A DNA stretch of 64,000 nucleotides from contig JBHLNF010000005.1 of the NCBI GenBank assembly GCA_048937405.1, forward strand, positions 205,227 to 269,226, in the 5' to 3' direction. Below the pieces are notes generated by a model. The model had not been told where the DNA came from and searched no databases. It was given only the letters and a program-made list of their open reading frames with translations. Position 1 is the stretch's first letter. Each line of letters opens with the position of its first letter. This DNA is from Promethearchaeota archaeon (GTDB lineage: Archaea; Asgardarchaeota; Lokiarchaeia; Sigyniarchaeales; SOKP01). The position numbers and the translations under genes are program-made. Positions 52,513 through 62,804 of this stretch are shown one piece after another.

Positions 52513-54093
52513 TTAAAACTCATGTTTATCAATTAGAATGGGTAAAAGTATTGTCATCAATGACATTGATCTCTTTTTCTTTATTAATTTGAAAAAAGGA
52601 AATTCAGGGTACATCATGAAATATCGTTCATTCTTTAATAAACTTAGAGTTTTAAATCGAGGGAAAAAAGAAAATTTCGAATGGTTGAAAATGTAATTTT
52701 TAAGTATATTTTCAAGCAAAATCTTATCAATAATAATTATTGCTGAAAGTTTACCAAATTTTTGAGCAATTTCAGAACTAATTGAATTCAATGAAAGACT
52801 GTTATTTGAAAATATTTCTCCTATACCAATTGCTTCTAAACTTGTCAAAGTACTCGCTTCAATTTCTGCTAAAATCATCTTTTTGCAAGCATTTTTTGAT
52901 ATGCTTTGCCGAGAGATTTTCAAGTTTTTAGCTCCCTTTACATCTGTGATGATGAATAATATTCGAGAGTTTAAACCAAAATAAAAATCGAGATAATTAA
53001 AAATTACCTCAGGTATTGCCCAATGTGAAAGTTTTCTGAAATTTATATTAAATCCTAAAATTCTTATCAAAAATCTTATTAGAGTATTGTAAATTCTAGG
53101 GTGTGGAACCATATTCCAGTGCTTTTCAAAACTGCGATATCCAAAAAGAAATTTTTGTATTAATAATTTTAAGCTTTCTTTCTTTAATGGAATAAATAAC
53201 TCGAAAAAATTAGAAAGAAATGAAATAATATCATTTTGATTTAAATAATAGACCTTTTCAGTATCTAATTTATTTTTAATTATACTTAGACTATCAATTA
53301 CATCCAAATCAATAGTATTGAAATCCAATTCATTAGGTGTAAAGAATTCTACTTCTAACTCGGATTTTCCAGACTTTAAATTGGTATGTTGAAGATGAAT
53401 TACTATTTTTGTTTTATTTCCTTCTATTAAAAAAGAGATATTGAATTCAGGTAGAATTTCATTAATGAATTTAAAAATATTTTTAAATCGTATTTTTCCC
53501 AATAATTTGATTACATTTTTAAAAAATTCAGAGACAATAGGGGCAGGATAAATTAAAATTAAGTCATGAACAAATAATTTTTGAATCAAATCAAAAAATT
53601 GCTCAAAAAAATCATGAGTGGAGATTTCCTCAATTTTTTCGCAATATTTGTTTATCATTTCAAGAGCTTCATTTTTAAATAATCGAATTGATGATATTCT
53701 AATACCTTTTTCTTTTAATATATTCGCTTGAATCTTATTAAAGATTTCATCTATTTTTCTAATTTCTAGACTCTTTATTTTAATTAATCCTTTGGGTAAT
53801 ACTTCTATAGATTGATGGATTCCAGCTTTCTTAGTCTTATATAGATATAAACCCAATACTTTATTCTTTTTTTCCTTTTCAGATATTATAACATCAAGTA
53901 TGTTCTGTTGATCATTTATAAATTTCGGATAAAGAACCTCAAAAAAATAATATAATAAATTAGCATTTAAAGTAATTGGGGTCAATGGAATTCGCACAGT
54001 TTTCTGTATTTTTTTAGGATCTTCAATTATTTCTCTGTTTTCATTGAAATTCAATATTTTTAACCAGTTTATCCTGAATCTTTCATTTATCAA
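52513..54093 (-). CDS. Hypothetical protein
   Basis: 526-aa ORF, no motif recognised. Confidence 0.65.
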   Translation of the reverse strand: MINERFRINWLKILNFNENREIIEDPKKIQKTVRIPLTPITLNANLLYYFFEVLYPKFINDQQNILDVIISEKEKKNKVLGLYLYKTKKAGIHQSIEVLPKGLIKIKSLEIRKIDEIFNKIQANILKEKGIRISSIRLFKNEALEMINKYCEKIEEISTHDFFEQFFDLIQKLFVHDLILIYPAPIVSEFFKNVIKLLGKIRFKNIFKFINEILPEFNISFLIEGNKTKIVIHLQHTNLKSGKSELEVEFFTPNELDFNTIDLDVIDSLSIIKNKLDTEKVYYLNQNDIISFLSNFFELFIPLKKESLKLLIQKFLFGYRSFEKHWNMVPHPRIYNTLIRFLIRILGFNINFRKLSHWAIPEVIFNYLDFYFGLNSRILFIITDVKGAKNLKISRQSISKNACKKMILAEIEASTLTSLEAIGIGEIFSNNSLSLNSISSEIAQKFGKLSAIIIIDKILLENILKNYIFNHSKFSFFPRFKTLSLLKNERYFMMYPEFPFFKLIKKKRSMSLMTILLPILIDKHEF

Positions 54094-54097
54094 CTAG

Positions 54098-55567
54098 CTA
54101 AAGCGCCTCCCAAATTTTTAATTTATCAAATAGTTGGTCTGAAATCCAAAGTTTGTTTATATTCATTAGTAGGTTTAAATTAGGAAGATTTTTTTTCTTA
54201 TAATATTTAAATATTGATTCCAAACATTTGAAAAAATCAGGAGGACATCCAGATAAATTTAAAATATTTTTATTTTGTTTTTTCTTAACTTTTTTCTTCT
54301 TTTTGGATTTCGATTCCTTTTTTGGTTTTAGTTGATTATCAGTTATTAAATCTGTCTTGTATCCAACAATTTTCTTTCTAAAATTGTAATCTTTAGTACT
54401 GTTAATAGCACAATCTCCAAATAAAATAACATGCCCCCCTTCTTCCGGTTCAGCTGGAGTTTCACCAATTAAAAAAGAATTTTTATTGTTGTATTTTAGA
54501 TCTTTATCCATAAATGTTTTAATAAAATTTAATAAATGATAAGCATATTTAAAACATCCTGAGCATATTTTACCTGAATTAATTGATATGTTTCTTATCC
54601 TGATATCTTCGAGCTTTGAAGCACATAATTTTATGTTTGTTCGGATATCTTCAAGTTTTTCACCCAAAATTTTAATATCTGAGATTTTAGGAACTGGAAA
54701 GTTTCTATTTTGTGCTTCTTGGATTAATTCACTCTTATTAATATCCACATTTAAAGCATTAAGAGTTACTAAATCAACAGAAATCGCTTCTTCTCCAAGT
54801 ATAATTATACCTGTCTTCTTTAAATTAGAATCTTCATAAGGATAGGGTCCTGCTCCTTCTATTACATAAAAGAGATCGTTGATTATTAAGTTTGGTTGTT
54901 TAATTTCAAAGACATCAAATATATTTGAAATTAAAGCTTTTTTGTATAGATCACGAGTAAGGTAATCATTTTTATTTCTATTTTTTTTTCCAAATTCTTG
55001 AAAATTTGCTGGAATAATTGAATAATGATTTAATAGAGATAAGTTGAGTTTAAATAAAGGATTTACATTAATCTGATTTACAGATATAAATTTATTTGAA
55101 TTTAGAATGGTGTTTGAGATAAGGAATTCATTATCTTTTATTTCTACTTTTGTGTGTGAATTATATTTGATTTTTTTTAAATTGTCTTGATCAATTTTTT
55201 TTCCATAATTATTACTATTATCTAAAAATGCTAAATCTGCTCCAAGAGTTTGAAAATATTCATTTAAATGTAATATATCTGATATTAATTTGATAGAAAT
55301 TCCCTTATAAGGAAAACTTCCTAATGAAACGTGCTTCGCTCCAGCTTTTTTACAGGATAGAATTAGGGCTTGAAGAATATCAAAATTAGTATTAATAGGG
55401 AAGCCTCCTGGCAAACAAAGATTAAATTTAATAAAGACCTGATCACCATCATCAATAAATTTAGAAATTCCTCCAAGGATATCAATTCCTTTTGATAAAC
55501 ATTCTTTTGGAGTATTGCCTTTAGTAATAGCTACTTCGATTTTCTTCGATTTTAATTGAGTAAACAT
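54098..55567 (-). CDS. DUF362-family Fe-S protein
   Basis: GDQVFIKFNL, EGAGP, CSGC, FGDCA, GCPP. Confidence 0.8.
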   Translation of the reverse strand: MFTQLKSKKIEVAITKGNTPKECLSKGIDILGGISKFIDDGDQVFIKFNLCLPGGFPINTNFDILQALILSCKKAGAKHVSLGSFPYKGISIKLISDILHLNEYFQTLGADLAFLDNSNNYGKKIDQDNLKKIKYNSHTKVEIKDNEFLISNTILNSNKFISVNQINVNPLFKLNLSLLNHYSIIPANFQEFGKKNRNKNDYLTRDLYKKALISNIFDVFEIKQPNLIINDLFYVIEGAGPYPYEDSNLKKTGIIILGEEAISVDLVTLNALNVDINKSELIQEAQNRNFPVPKISDIKILGEKLEDIRTNIKLCASKLEDIRIRNISINSGKICSGCFKYAYHLLNFIKTFMDKDLKYNNKNSFLIGETPAEPEEGGHVILFGDCAINSTKDYNFRKKIVGYKTDLITDNQLKPKKESKSKKKKKVKKKQNKNILNLSGCPPDFFKCLESIFKYYKKKNLPNLNLLMNINKLWISDQLFDKLKIWEAL

Positions 55568-55634
55568 AAATGTGTTCGGAAAAATTCATTTATTAAAATG
55601 ATATTATTAAATAATGAAAGGATTAAATTTTAAT

Positions 55635-55830
55635 TTAAGTGATAGGAATAATGGAAAAAATAAATTTAAACGATAATATAATCGAAATTCCATCAGATAA
55701 AAGTGGAATCGATATGGGGCAAACTATTTCGAAAACTGCGTATTTAAACAATAGTAAATTATCCTTATCTTATTTTCTAATTCATACTGGTTTTCCAGAT
55801 ATTAAAAGTAATAATAACAATAAAAAAATA
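55635..55830 (+). pseudogene. Degenerate 5' fragment of the pantothenate kinase gene (copy of about 57456-57650)
   Basis: EIPSDKSGIDMGQTISK vs EIPPDKIGIDMGQTLSK; collinear nucleotide similarity that breaks down near 55810-55830. Confidence 0.8.
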
Positions 55831-55856
55831 TTAATTATCAAAAAAGAGGATTTAAA

Positions 55857-57401
55857 ATGTCTAAAAAAATATTAAATGATTACGATGTTGTAATCATAGG
55901 ATGTGGTATAGCCGGATCAGTTGTTGGTGCGATTTTATCCAAAATGGAACATAAAAAGGTACTCATCCTTGAACAATCATCCCAGATAGGGGGACGTGCT
56001 ACATCATTCCGAGGGGAAAGTATAAAGGATGCAGATGAATTTCGTAAAACCTTAATGCAATCTGCTCACTCTTGGGTAGTTGATAGAACAGACCCTGATC
56101 TCAACACACTCATCAAAAACAAGATGCTTAATGGTTATGTGTTTGAAGCGGGTGGTAGAGGTGCTTGGTATACCAATCGAGGAAGGGTCAGCCACGCATT
56201 GGCCCTATTTAACAAACCTTCGATTTTCTATCCTAATGTAGGTTTCGTATGGTATGATCATGATTGGAAACCTCACATAATAAGCAGAAGATCTAAGTTA
56301 GGTTGGATGAGCAATGAAGATTACTCTGAAATGGTTAAAGTTCATAAAAAAAAGCTTCAAATTCAATCAATAACTGAAGCTGAAAAATTAGACCATGTAA
56401 CTTTAAAGGATTGGGTAAACAGTATAACTGAAAATGAGCTCGCTCAAGAATTCCATTATGCAATGGGGACCTTCCAGACGATTATCAACGATCCAGCTCT
56501 GAACTCTGCAGGAGAGAATCTAAAAGTTTTTCTACAGGTAGAAAAAATGGGAGTACATATAACTGATGGTTCTTGGGCATTTGCAGGTGCACCAGGGCAT
56601 CGCTTTATTGTTGAAGGTTTTGCTAGTGTCGTTAAAGATAATCAAGGTGATATAATTACTAATGCTCAAGTCAGTGAAATTATCATCGAAAATGGAAGGG
56701 TTATAGGTGTAAAAGCTAATATTGATGATGAAATAGTAGAGATAAAGGTTCCGTTGATAGTTTGTACTACTCCCCCACGAGTATTGCTAAAGCTAATATC
56801 TGAGAATTTATTACCCAATGATTTTATTAAATTAGCTAAAAAAGTAATTCATACTGCCATGGTTGCGGCGAACATAGGTTTGACTAAACCATTGAGTACT
56901 TTTTGTGAACTGGAGGTTGACCCTAGATCTTTTTACCATACATCTATGTTGATCTCAGAGAAGGAAGGATTGTTTAGAGGCAATGTTCCTCTCGATATAA
57001 TAAGTTTATCTACTATTGCACCTACAACCGCTCCTGAAGGGAAACATCTAATGGGTATGGCTAGCAGTATTTTAGATAGTGAAGTACATGATAAGAATAA
57101 AGTGAATATAGTGATAGACAGGATGTTGAAATTCTTAGATACCGCATTCCAAGGCTGGAGAGATGCCGTGGAATTCATGTTATTCACTGTAGGAGATACA
57201 TGTATATTGTGGCGACATCCAGAAGATGAATGGGTGGATATAGAATGTCCAACTATAAAAGGATTATATTTTGCTGGAGATACTTATGGAAAACGCATTA
57301 ATGAAGGAGGAATTGAAGCTGCTACCCATTCTGGATTTATATGTGCTGGTAAAATAATGGGTAAGGACTATTTACAACTTTTACCACCGCTCTTCCGCTA
57401 A
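55857..57401 (+). CDS. FAD-dependent oxidoreductase (phytoene desaturase/amine oxidase-like)
   Basis: IGCGIAG, LEQ..QIGGR, APEGKHL, GLYFAGD, GIEAATHSG. Confidence 0.85.
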   Translation: MSKKILNDYDVVIIGCGIAGSVVGAILSKMEHKKVLILEQSSQIGGRATSFRGESIKDADEFRKTLMQSAHSWVVDRTDPDLNTLIKNKMLNGYVFEAGGRGAWYTNRGRVSHALALFNKPSIFYPNVGFVWYDHDWKPHIISRRSKLGWMSNEDYSEMVKVHKKKLQIQSITEAEKLDHVTLKDWVNSITENELAQEFHYAMGTFQTIINDPALNSAGENLKVFLQVEKMGVHITDGSWAFAGAPGHRFIVEGFASVVKDNQGDIITNAQVSEIIIENGRVIGVKANIDDEIVEIKVPLIVCTTPPRVLLKLISENLLPNDFIKLAKKVIHTAMVAANIGLTKPLSTFCELEVDPRSFYHTSMLISEKEGLFRGNVPLDIISLSTIAPTTAPEGKHLMGMASSILDSEVHDKNKVNIVIDRMLKFLDTAFQGWRDAVEFMLFTVGDTCILWRHPEDEWVDIECPTIKGLYFAGDTYGKRINEGGIEAATHSGFICAGKIMGKDYLQLLPPLFR

Positions 57402-57459
57402 TAAAAGGAATTATTTTTAATATTTATTGACAATTGGAGTTAATTGAATTCTAACCTAA

Positions 57460-58341
57460 GTGATAAGACTGATAACAAAAATAATTTTAAGCGATATTAA
57501 TTTCGAAATTCCACCAGATAAAATTGGAATTGATATGGGACAAACTCTTTCGAAAATAACTTACTTAGAAAATAATGAATTAAATTTATCTTCTTTTCCT
57601 ACTTATACTGATGTTTCAGAGATTAAAGCATTTCTCAATAATAAAAAAGATCAATTAAAAGTAATTAATTTTACGGGTGGAAAAAGTTTTGAATTATATG
57701 AAGCATATTCAAAAAATTTTATATCAAATCTGATAAATGAATTTGAAGCAAGTGTGAAAGGCATCGAATTTCTTTATAATCTAGAAAAAAAGCAGGAATT
57801 ACCACGTTCATTAATAGTGACTATAGGAACTGGAACCTCAATTGTTTTGAAAAACGATCATATTGTTCATTTAGGGGGTTCCGCACTTGGGGGAGGTTTT
57901 TTTATGGGATTAATAAAAACTATATTCAATTTATATAATTTCCAAGAAGCACTAAACTTAGCACAAAAAGGAAATCGGTATAATGTTGATTTAAAGGTTT
58001 CAGATATATACCATCCAGGGGATAAGAGAATTGATTTAATCTTTAGGGAATTTACCGCAGCATCATTGGGTAAAATTAATGAAAATTATGAAGTAAACTC
58101 TTTAAACCAAGGAGATTTTATTAATTCTATCATTTGTATGATTGGTGAAAATTTAGGAATTATTGCTAATACTATGGCTAGTAATAATGATGTTACTGAA
58201 ATTGTTTTTTGCGGAGGTTTCCTAAAAGGAAATAAGATTTTAAAGAAAATTCTCTCCCTTTTATGTACAGTAAATAATAAAAAGTGTATTTTCTTAAAAA
58301 ATTCTGAATTTTGTGCAGCAATTGGAGCATTATTAATTTAA
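57460..58341 (+). CDS. coaW: Type II pantothenate kinase
   Basis: GIDMGQTLSK, TGG, NEFEA, IGTGTSI, GGSALGGG, VDLKVSDIY, AASLGK. Confidence 0.88.
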   Translation: MIRLITKIILSDINFEIPPDKIGIDMGQTLSKITYLENNELNLSSFPTYTDVSEIKAFLNNKKDQLKVINFTGGKSFELYEAYSKNFISNLINEFEASVKGIEFLYNLEKKQELPRSLIVTIGTGTSIVLKNDHIVHLGGSALGGGFFMGLIKTIFNLYNFQEALNLAQKGNRYNVDLKVSDIYHPGDKRIDLIFREFTAASLGKINENYEVNSLNQGDFINSIICMIGENLGIIANTMASNNDVTEIVFCGGFLKGNKILKKILSLLCTVNNKKCIFLKNSEFCAAIGALLI

Positions 58342-58343
58342 AG

Positions 58344-58413
58344 TGTGCGCCGATTTGGAGATTTTTACTCATCGAATGATAATTCTAATAAAAACACTAT
58401 AAATCGGCGCATA
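58344..58413. repeat. GC-rich inverted repeat forming a long hairpin
   Basis: TGTGCGCCGATTT (58344-58356) / AAATCGGCGCATA (58401-58413), inner TTTTTA/TAAAAA. Confidence 0.7.
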
Positions 58414-58533
58414 TTTAATGTGTTTATCTAACATTAAATATTTTATCATAGCCTTCATAAAAGTTTAAATAAAGTTTATTATTTCCTTCTTTAATTTAAG
58501 GCATAATTCAAATTAAATTTAAGCAGAATTATT

Positions 58534-59199
58534 ATGACATTGGAGTTTGGATATTTTCAATACGAACTAGAAGATTTTCTAATCAGAGCATTACCTTCTA
58601 TTATATCTTCTTTAAGCATTTTTATGTTTTACTTATTTATCTTTCTTTCACATAGAGGACGAAAGGAAGAATTACTTAAACCGATGTTTCTGAAATATTT
58701 TGCAATTATTGGGATGATAAGTGCCTTTATTCCACTTTTCGAACCAGGATATTTTTATGTAAATCTAACCGAGAATGAAAGGTCAATGATCATAGCCTTC
58801 TTAATATTTCAGGGTTTAATTAATAGTGTCCCATTATTTCTGGCTAGTGTTTTACTTTTATTCTATGGAATTAATAATCGAAATAACTTTGGAAAATATT
58901 TATTAGTAGCTGGTATATTAATGTTGATTTATTATGGATTTAGTATAATTACCTTAGACTGGGGAATTGGAAATATTTTTATGTATTTATTAAATCTTGA
59001 ACCAATTACAACTACATTTGAGAAATTAGTAATAATCCTTGGAGCCTTCTTTGGCATTTTATTAATTAGTGGTTATTGTCTTTTTATTATTCATGGTGCC
59101 AGAAACTCAGATTATAAATTTATTTATGGAGTGTTGATTATATTTATCAGTACTAGTATTATTACTCCTTTTGTACATATAGGAGTTTTATTTTTTTAG
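58534..59199 (+). CDS. Multi-pass membrane protein
   Basis: About six hydrophobic segments. Confidence 0.7.
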   Translation: MTLEFGYFQYELEDFLIRALPSIISSLSIFMFYLFIFLSHRGRKEELLKPMFLKYFAIIGMISAFIPLFEPGYFYVNLTENERSMIIAFLIFQGLINSVPLFLASVLLLFYGINNRNNFGKYLLVAGILMLIYYGFSIITLDWGIGNIFMYLLNLEPITTTFEKLVIILGAFFGILLISGYCLFIIHGARNSDYKFIYGVLIIFISTSIITPFVHIGVLFF

Positions 59200-59301
59200 T
59201 TATTTTAAAAAATATCTATAGATTCCTCCCCTAACTAATAGATTTAAAAAATTAAAATGTAGTATTTTTTAATTTATATAACATTTTCATCAGTAGAATT
59301 A

Positions 59302-59931
59302 TTAAGTACCTTGTGAATGTTGCTCAAGTAAATCTTTGTCAGTTTTACCCATTTTAATCGCTAATTCTGCTATAATGGCATCTAAATAACAAAAAGCGGC
59401 GATTTCAAACATTGTACCTTCAGGTGCAAGTACCGCTGTGTCTCCAACTGCTTTATCTCGTTTTGTTCTACCTTTAAGTTTTATAGTGATATCGCCAATT
59501 CTTCCTATCACAGTCTCTGGGTGACTTGTAATTGTAACAATCCCATATGGTTTTATTGTATTCACATAATTATTAAGCAAACTAACGACAATGCTAGTAG
59601 TACCAGAACCAGAAAGTACTATTAAAATATCTTTTTTTCGTAACGCTGGCATGCTTGCTAAGTTGGTGACTATATGTACTTCGGCCCCTAAGTGTACTAA
59701 TCGTGTCGCAAAGCATTGTAATATGAAAGCACTTCTTCCAGAGGCTAATAAGAAAAATCTACGCTTACTTACTAACCCGTCATGAACTAAATTAATAAAC
59801 TTCTTAGTATATTTAAAATTCTTATCTAAATGGTCAATATTAGCCTTAATGTTATTCATAATTAGTTCCATGGATTGAAATAAAATTCGTTTTGTCTCCC
59901 CATTAAGAGCTAAATCATTAGTTTCAGTCAT
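59302..59931 (-). CDS. hxlB: 6-phospho-3-hexuloisomerase (SIS domain)
   Basis: SGRS, FATRLVHLG, SGSGTT, LAPEGTMFE, C-terminal His. Confidence 0.85.
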   Translation of the reverse strand: MTETNDLALNGETKRILFQSMELIMNNIKANIDHLDKNFKYTKKFINLVHDGLVSKRRFFLLASGRSAFILQCFATRLVHLGAEVHIVTNLASMPALRKKDILIVLSGSGTTSIVVSLLNNYVNTIKPYGIVTITSHPETVIGRIGDITIKLKGRTKRDKAVGDTAVLAPEGTMFEIAAFCYLDAIIAELAIKMGKTDKDLLEQHSQGT

Positions 59932-60207
59932 ATTAAGTCTTTACCCAATAATTGGTAATTAATCAATATACAATATTTATAATCTTGGAATTAAAATAAT
60001 ACTTTTGTATACTATTTATTTTCTCATAAAGTTTTTAAAATCCATTATCAAACAGTTAATTTTGTCTAAAATATATGAAATTATGGATTATTTTAGAAAT
60101 TACTAAAAAAATCGATTATTCACTCAAAATTTATTCTAAATTCAAAAATTCAACCTTTTAATTTAATTAAAGCTTATTTTGTATATATATCTTAAAAGTG
60201 TGATATA

Positions 60208-60789
60208 ATGAATAAAAAAAAGATTAATTCTGGAGCTTATTTATTTCCTCTGCCACTTGCTCTTGTTGGAGCAAATGTTAATGGAAAACCAAACTTTGAA
60301 ACCATTGGATTAGTTGGAATTATTGAAATTCAACCACCATTAATTTCAGTCTCTTCTTATGAATCTCATTTTACTAATATTGGTATTAAAGAAAATGGAA
60401 CTTTCAGCGTTAATACACCTTCAGAAGATTTGGTAGAAAAAATTGATTATTGTGGTATCGTTTCAGGCAGTGAAATAGATAAATCAGAAGTATTTGATGT
60501 TTTTTATGGGGATCTTAAAACCGCACCAATGGCAAGTGATTCACCACTTAATTTGGAATGTGAAGTTATTAAAACCATCAATACAAGAGATATCGTTGAT
60601 ATTGAGAAAGGTCATGACATTTTTATCGGGAAAGTAATTAATACATATGCTAATGAGAATTGTTTAACAGAAGGGAGACCAGACATTACTAAACTTAAAA
60701 TCTATACTTATTCACAGAGATCCTATTGGAAACTTGGTGAAAAACTAGCCCCAGCTTATGAAATTGGAAAAAAATATAAAAAAAAATAA
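60208..60789 (+). CDS. Flavin reductase-like (flavoredoxin) protein
   Basis: PLPLALVGA..GKPN, FSVN.PS, CGIVSG, NLECEV, HDIFIGKV. Confidence 0.88.
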   Translation: MNKKKINSGAYLFPLPLALVGANVNGKPNFETIGLVGIIEIQPPLISVSSYESHFTNIGIKENGTFSVNTPSEDLVEKIDYCGIVSGSEIDKSEVFDVFYGDLKTAPMASDSPLNLECEVIKTINTRDIVDIEKGHDIFIGKVINTYANENCLTEGRPDITKLKIYTYSQRSYWKLGEKLAPAYEIGKKYKKK

Positions 60790-60815
60790 TATAACTTCAA
60801 ATTTTTTTAATAAAA

Positions 60816-61373
60816 ATGAATAAAAAAAAATCAGGAAAAAAGATTATTGAAGTTAATCTTTTAAGCCCTTTACCTGTAATTTTGGTAGGAGCAGATGTAC
60901 ATAATAAGCCCAATTATCTGGTAATAGGCTATAGTTGTCCATTTGATTTTGGTAAATATATTTTCTTTAGCTTATTTAAAAAACGCTATACTACAATTGG
61001 AATTCACGAAAATATGACATTTAGTGTAAATGTTCCTTCAGAAGATCTTATGGATAAAATAAAAATTTGCGGAAGTAAATCTGGACGTGATATTGATAAA
61101 AGCTTATTATTTGATAATTTTTATGGAGAATTAAAAACTGCTCCAATGATTCGTGAGTGTCCAGTAAATATTGAGTGTAAAGTTCATGAAATTCTTGACT
61201 ATGATCGCAATGAAGGAATAATTGGTGAAGTCGTTAAATCATATGTTAATCATCAATGCACCATTAAAGTAGAGGAAACAGTTAAACTTGATTGGAGGAA
61301 GATTCACCCAATTATTTGGGCTACTGGGGGTGACTTCAACTATTATAAACTTGGTGAAAGAATAAAATCCTAA
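60816..61373 (+). CDS. Flavin reductase-like (flavoredoxin) protein, tandem paralogue
   Basis: PLPVILVGA, FSVNVPS, CGSKSGRD, ECPVNIECKV. Confidence 0.88.
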   Translation: MNKKKSGKKIIEVNLLSPLPVILVGADVHNKPNYLVIGYSCPFDFGKYIFFSLFKKRYTTIGIHENMTFSVNVPSEDLMDKIKICGSKSGRDIDKSLLFDNFYGELKTAPMIRECPVNIECKVHEILDYDRNEGIIGEVVKSYVNHQCTIKVEETVKLDWRKIHPIIWATGGDFNYYKLGERIKS

Positions 61374-61452
61374 AAATTTAGAATAACGATATTTAGCTCC
61401 ACATTGATTAGTTCAAACCTAATCTTTTAAAGGATGTAATTGATTTAAGTAT

Positions 61453-62246
61453 ATGAACACTGAACTAGCTCAAATAGATAGTCTAACTTCTTATTCTTAT
61501 AATAATAACTTCTTAAATAACCAACCTATCAGTTTAGTTCCTGATCATTCTATAACTCATTTATGCAAGAAAATTCGTTTTATAGAATTGATAATTAATG
61601 AGAGAAATCAGAAGAGATTCTTTTAGCAAATACTCCTAATGATTGATATGATTATTTAAGAAAAAGTGGTGTTAAAAATCTAAAGCTCCATTTTCCTCCT
61701 ATAGGGGGTAATAGAATATCTGCACCCTTATTAGGTGGTGGAAGATGGATGATTGAAGCATTTAAGGACCCACTTTCTGATATTTGGGATGTTAAATGGA
61801 ACTTTATCCCTTTTGGTGATAAAGAGAGAATCTGGTCCGTTATTTATGGTTTAATTTCGAAAAATTATAATCAACTGAAAATAGATTATCCCCCATTAGA
61901 ATATTGGAATAAAGAATTGATAAGTGAAATTACAAAGATAAAAAAGTTTGCTGAAAAACAATCATTAATTCAATATGTTGATATTTTTCAGGATGCTCTT
62001 GATTGTATAGTATCTGATGATCCACTCAATTTAATTACCCATAATGATTTAGTCCCTCCCGAAAAATATAATCTTAAAGCAAAACAAATTTTTGCAGCTT
62101 GTAATAAAGCTTGGATAGTAGCAATGGTAGACTGGAATGAGCTACATTTTAAAGGAAAAATACAAAAAGAATATAATAAATTATCTGATGATTTATATCT
62201 TAAAATTTGTAGAGCAATAATAGTCGCAACAAATTCTTCTCTTTAG
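61453..62246 (+). pseudogene. Disrupted hypothetical gene (frameshift near 61600-61625, in-frame TGA at 61644)
   Basis: MNTELAQI... ends at TAG 61624; second frame EEILLANTPND*YDYLRKSG...GGGRW continues into ORF 61749-62246. Confidence 0.6.
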
Positions 62247-62676
62247 AAAAAAAAACTAACTAATTTTCTTTGATTAATTTTAAAGGGGATTAATAACGAG
62301 TGATTTTTTTCTTGGATTAGATTGCTCAACCCAGGTTTAGACGGATATTATAATTGATTTTAATTTAAAAAAAGTTGGGATGAAATTCTGAATAATTTTA
62401 TAGATTTTCAAAAAAGTATTGAAATTGTCTCTATGAGAAATATTTCGAGTTATATGTTAACATTATTTAACTTTATAAGAAGTATGAGAAATTTATTTTG
62501 AAAAATGGAGCAAACTCAGAGCAAAATCGCTTAAAGTTTATAAAAAAATATTTCTAACTTTTTCCAAATCAATAAAATTAAAGAAATAAATTACTACACT
62601 AAAGTTTTAAGCAAAGAATAAGAAAAAAAAGAAAAAAATATTAATTTCTTTAGCCCAAAAAAGCTTCTTTATTTAT

Positions 62677-62804
62677 ATTGTTTAACAGAAGAGAGACCAG
62701 ATATTACTAAACTTAAAATTTATATTTATTCACAGAGGTCCTATTGGAAACTTGGAGAAAAAATAGCCACTGTTTATGAAATTGGAAAAAATTATAAAAA
62801 ATAA
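62677..62804 (+). repeat. Degenerate direct copy of the 3' end of the flavin reductase gene (60659-60789)
   Basis: attgtttaacagaag.gagaccaga.attactaaacttaaaat...tcctattggaaacttgg...tatgaaattggaaaaaa present at both sites. Confidence 0.88.

Noticed and set aside
55857-57401. Rab-GDI/REP homologue
   Set aside because: The resemblance reflects the shared fold; intact GxGxxG and GLYFAGD motifs indicate an ordinary flavoenzyme
3289-59785. Short ORF-track entries inside longer genes (e.g. 3289, 4733, 5655, 9323, 10173, 10693, 13934, 14522, 15450, 41410, 44604, 54588, 59591)
   Set aside because: They overlap well-supported genes, mostly antisense, and carry no motifs; shadow ORFs
61644-61646. In-frame TGA as a second selenocysteine
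   Set aside because: Context suggests a Trp codon mutated to stop, a frameshift lies just upstream, and no SECIS-like fold was seen downstream
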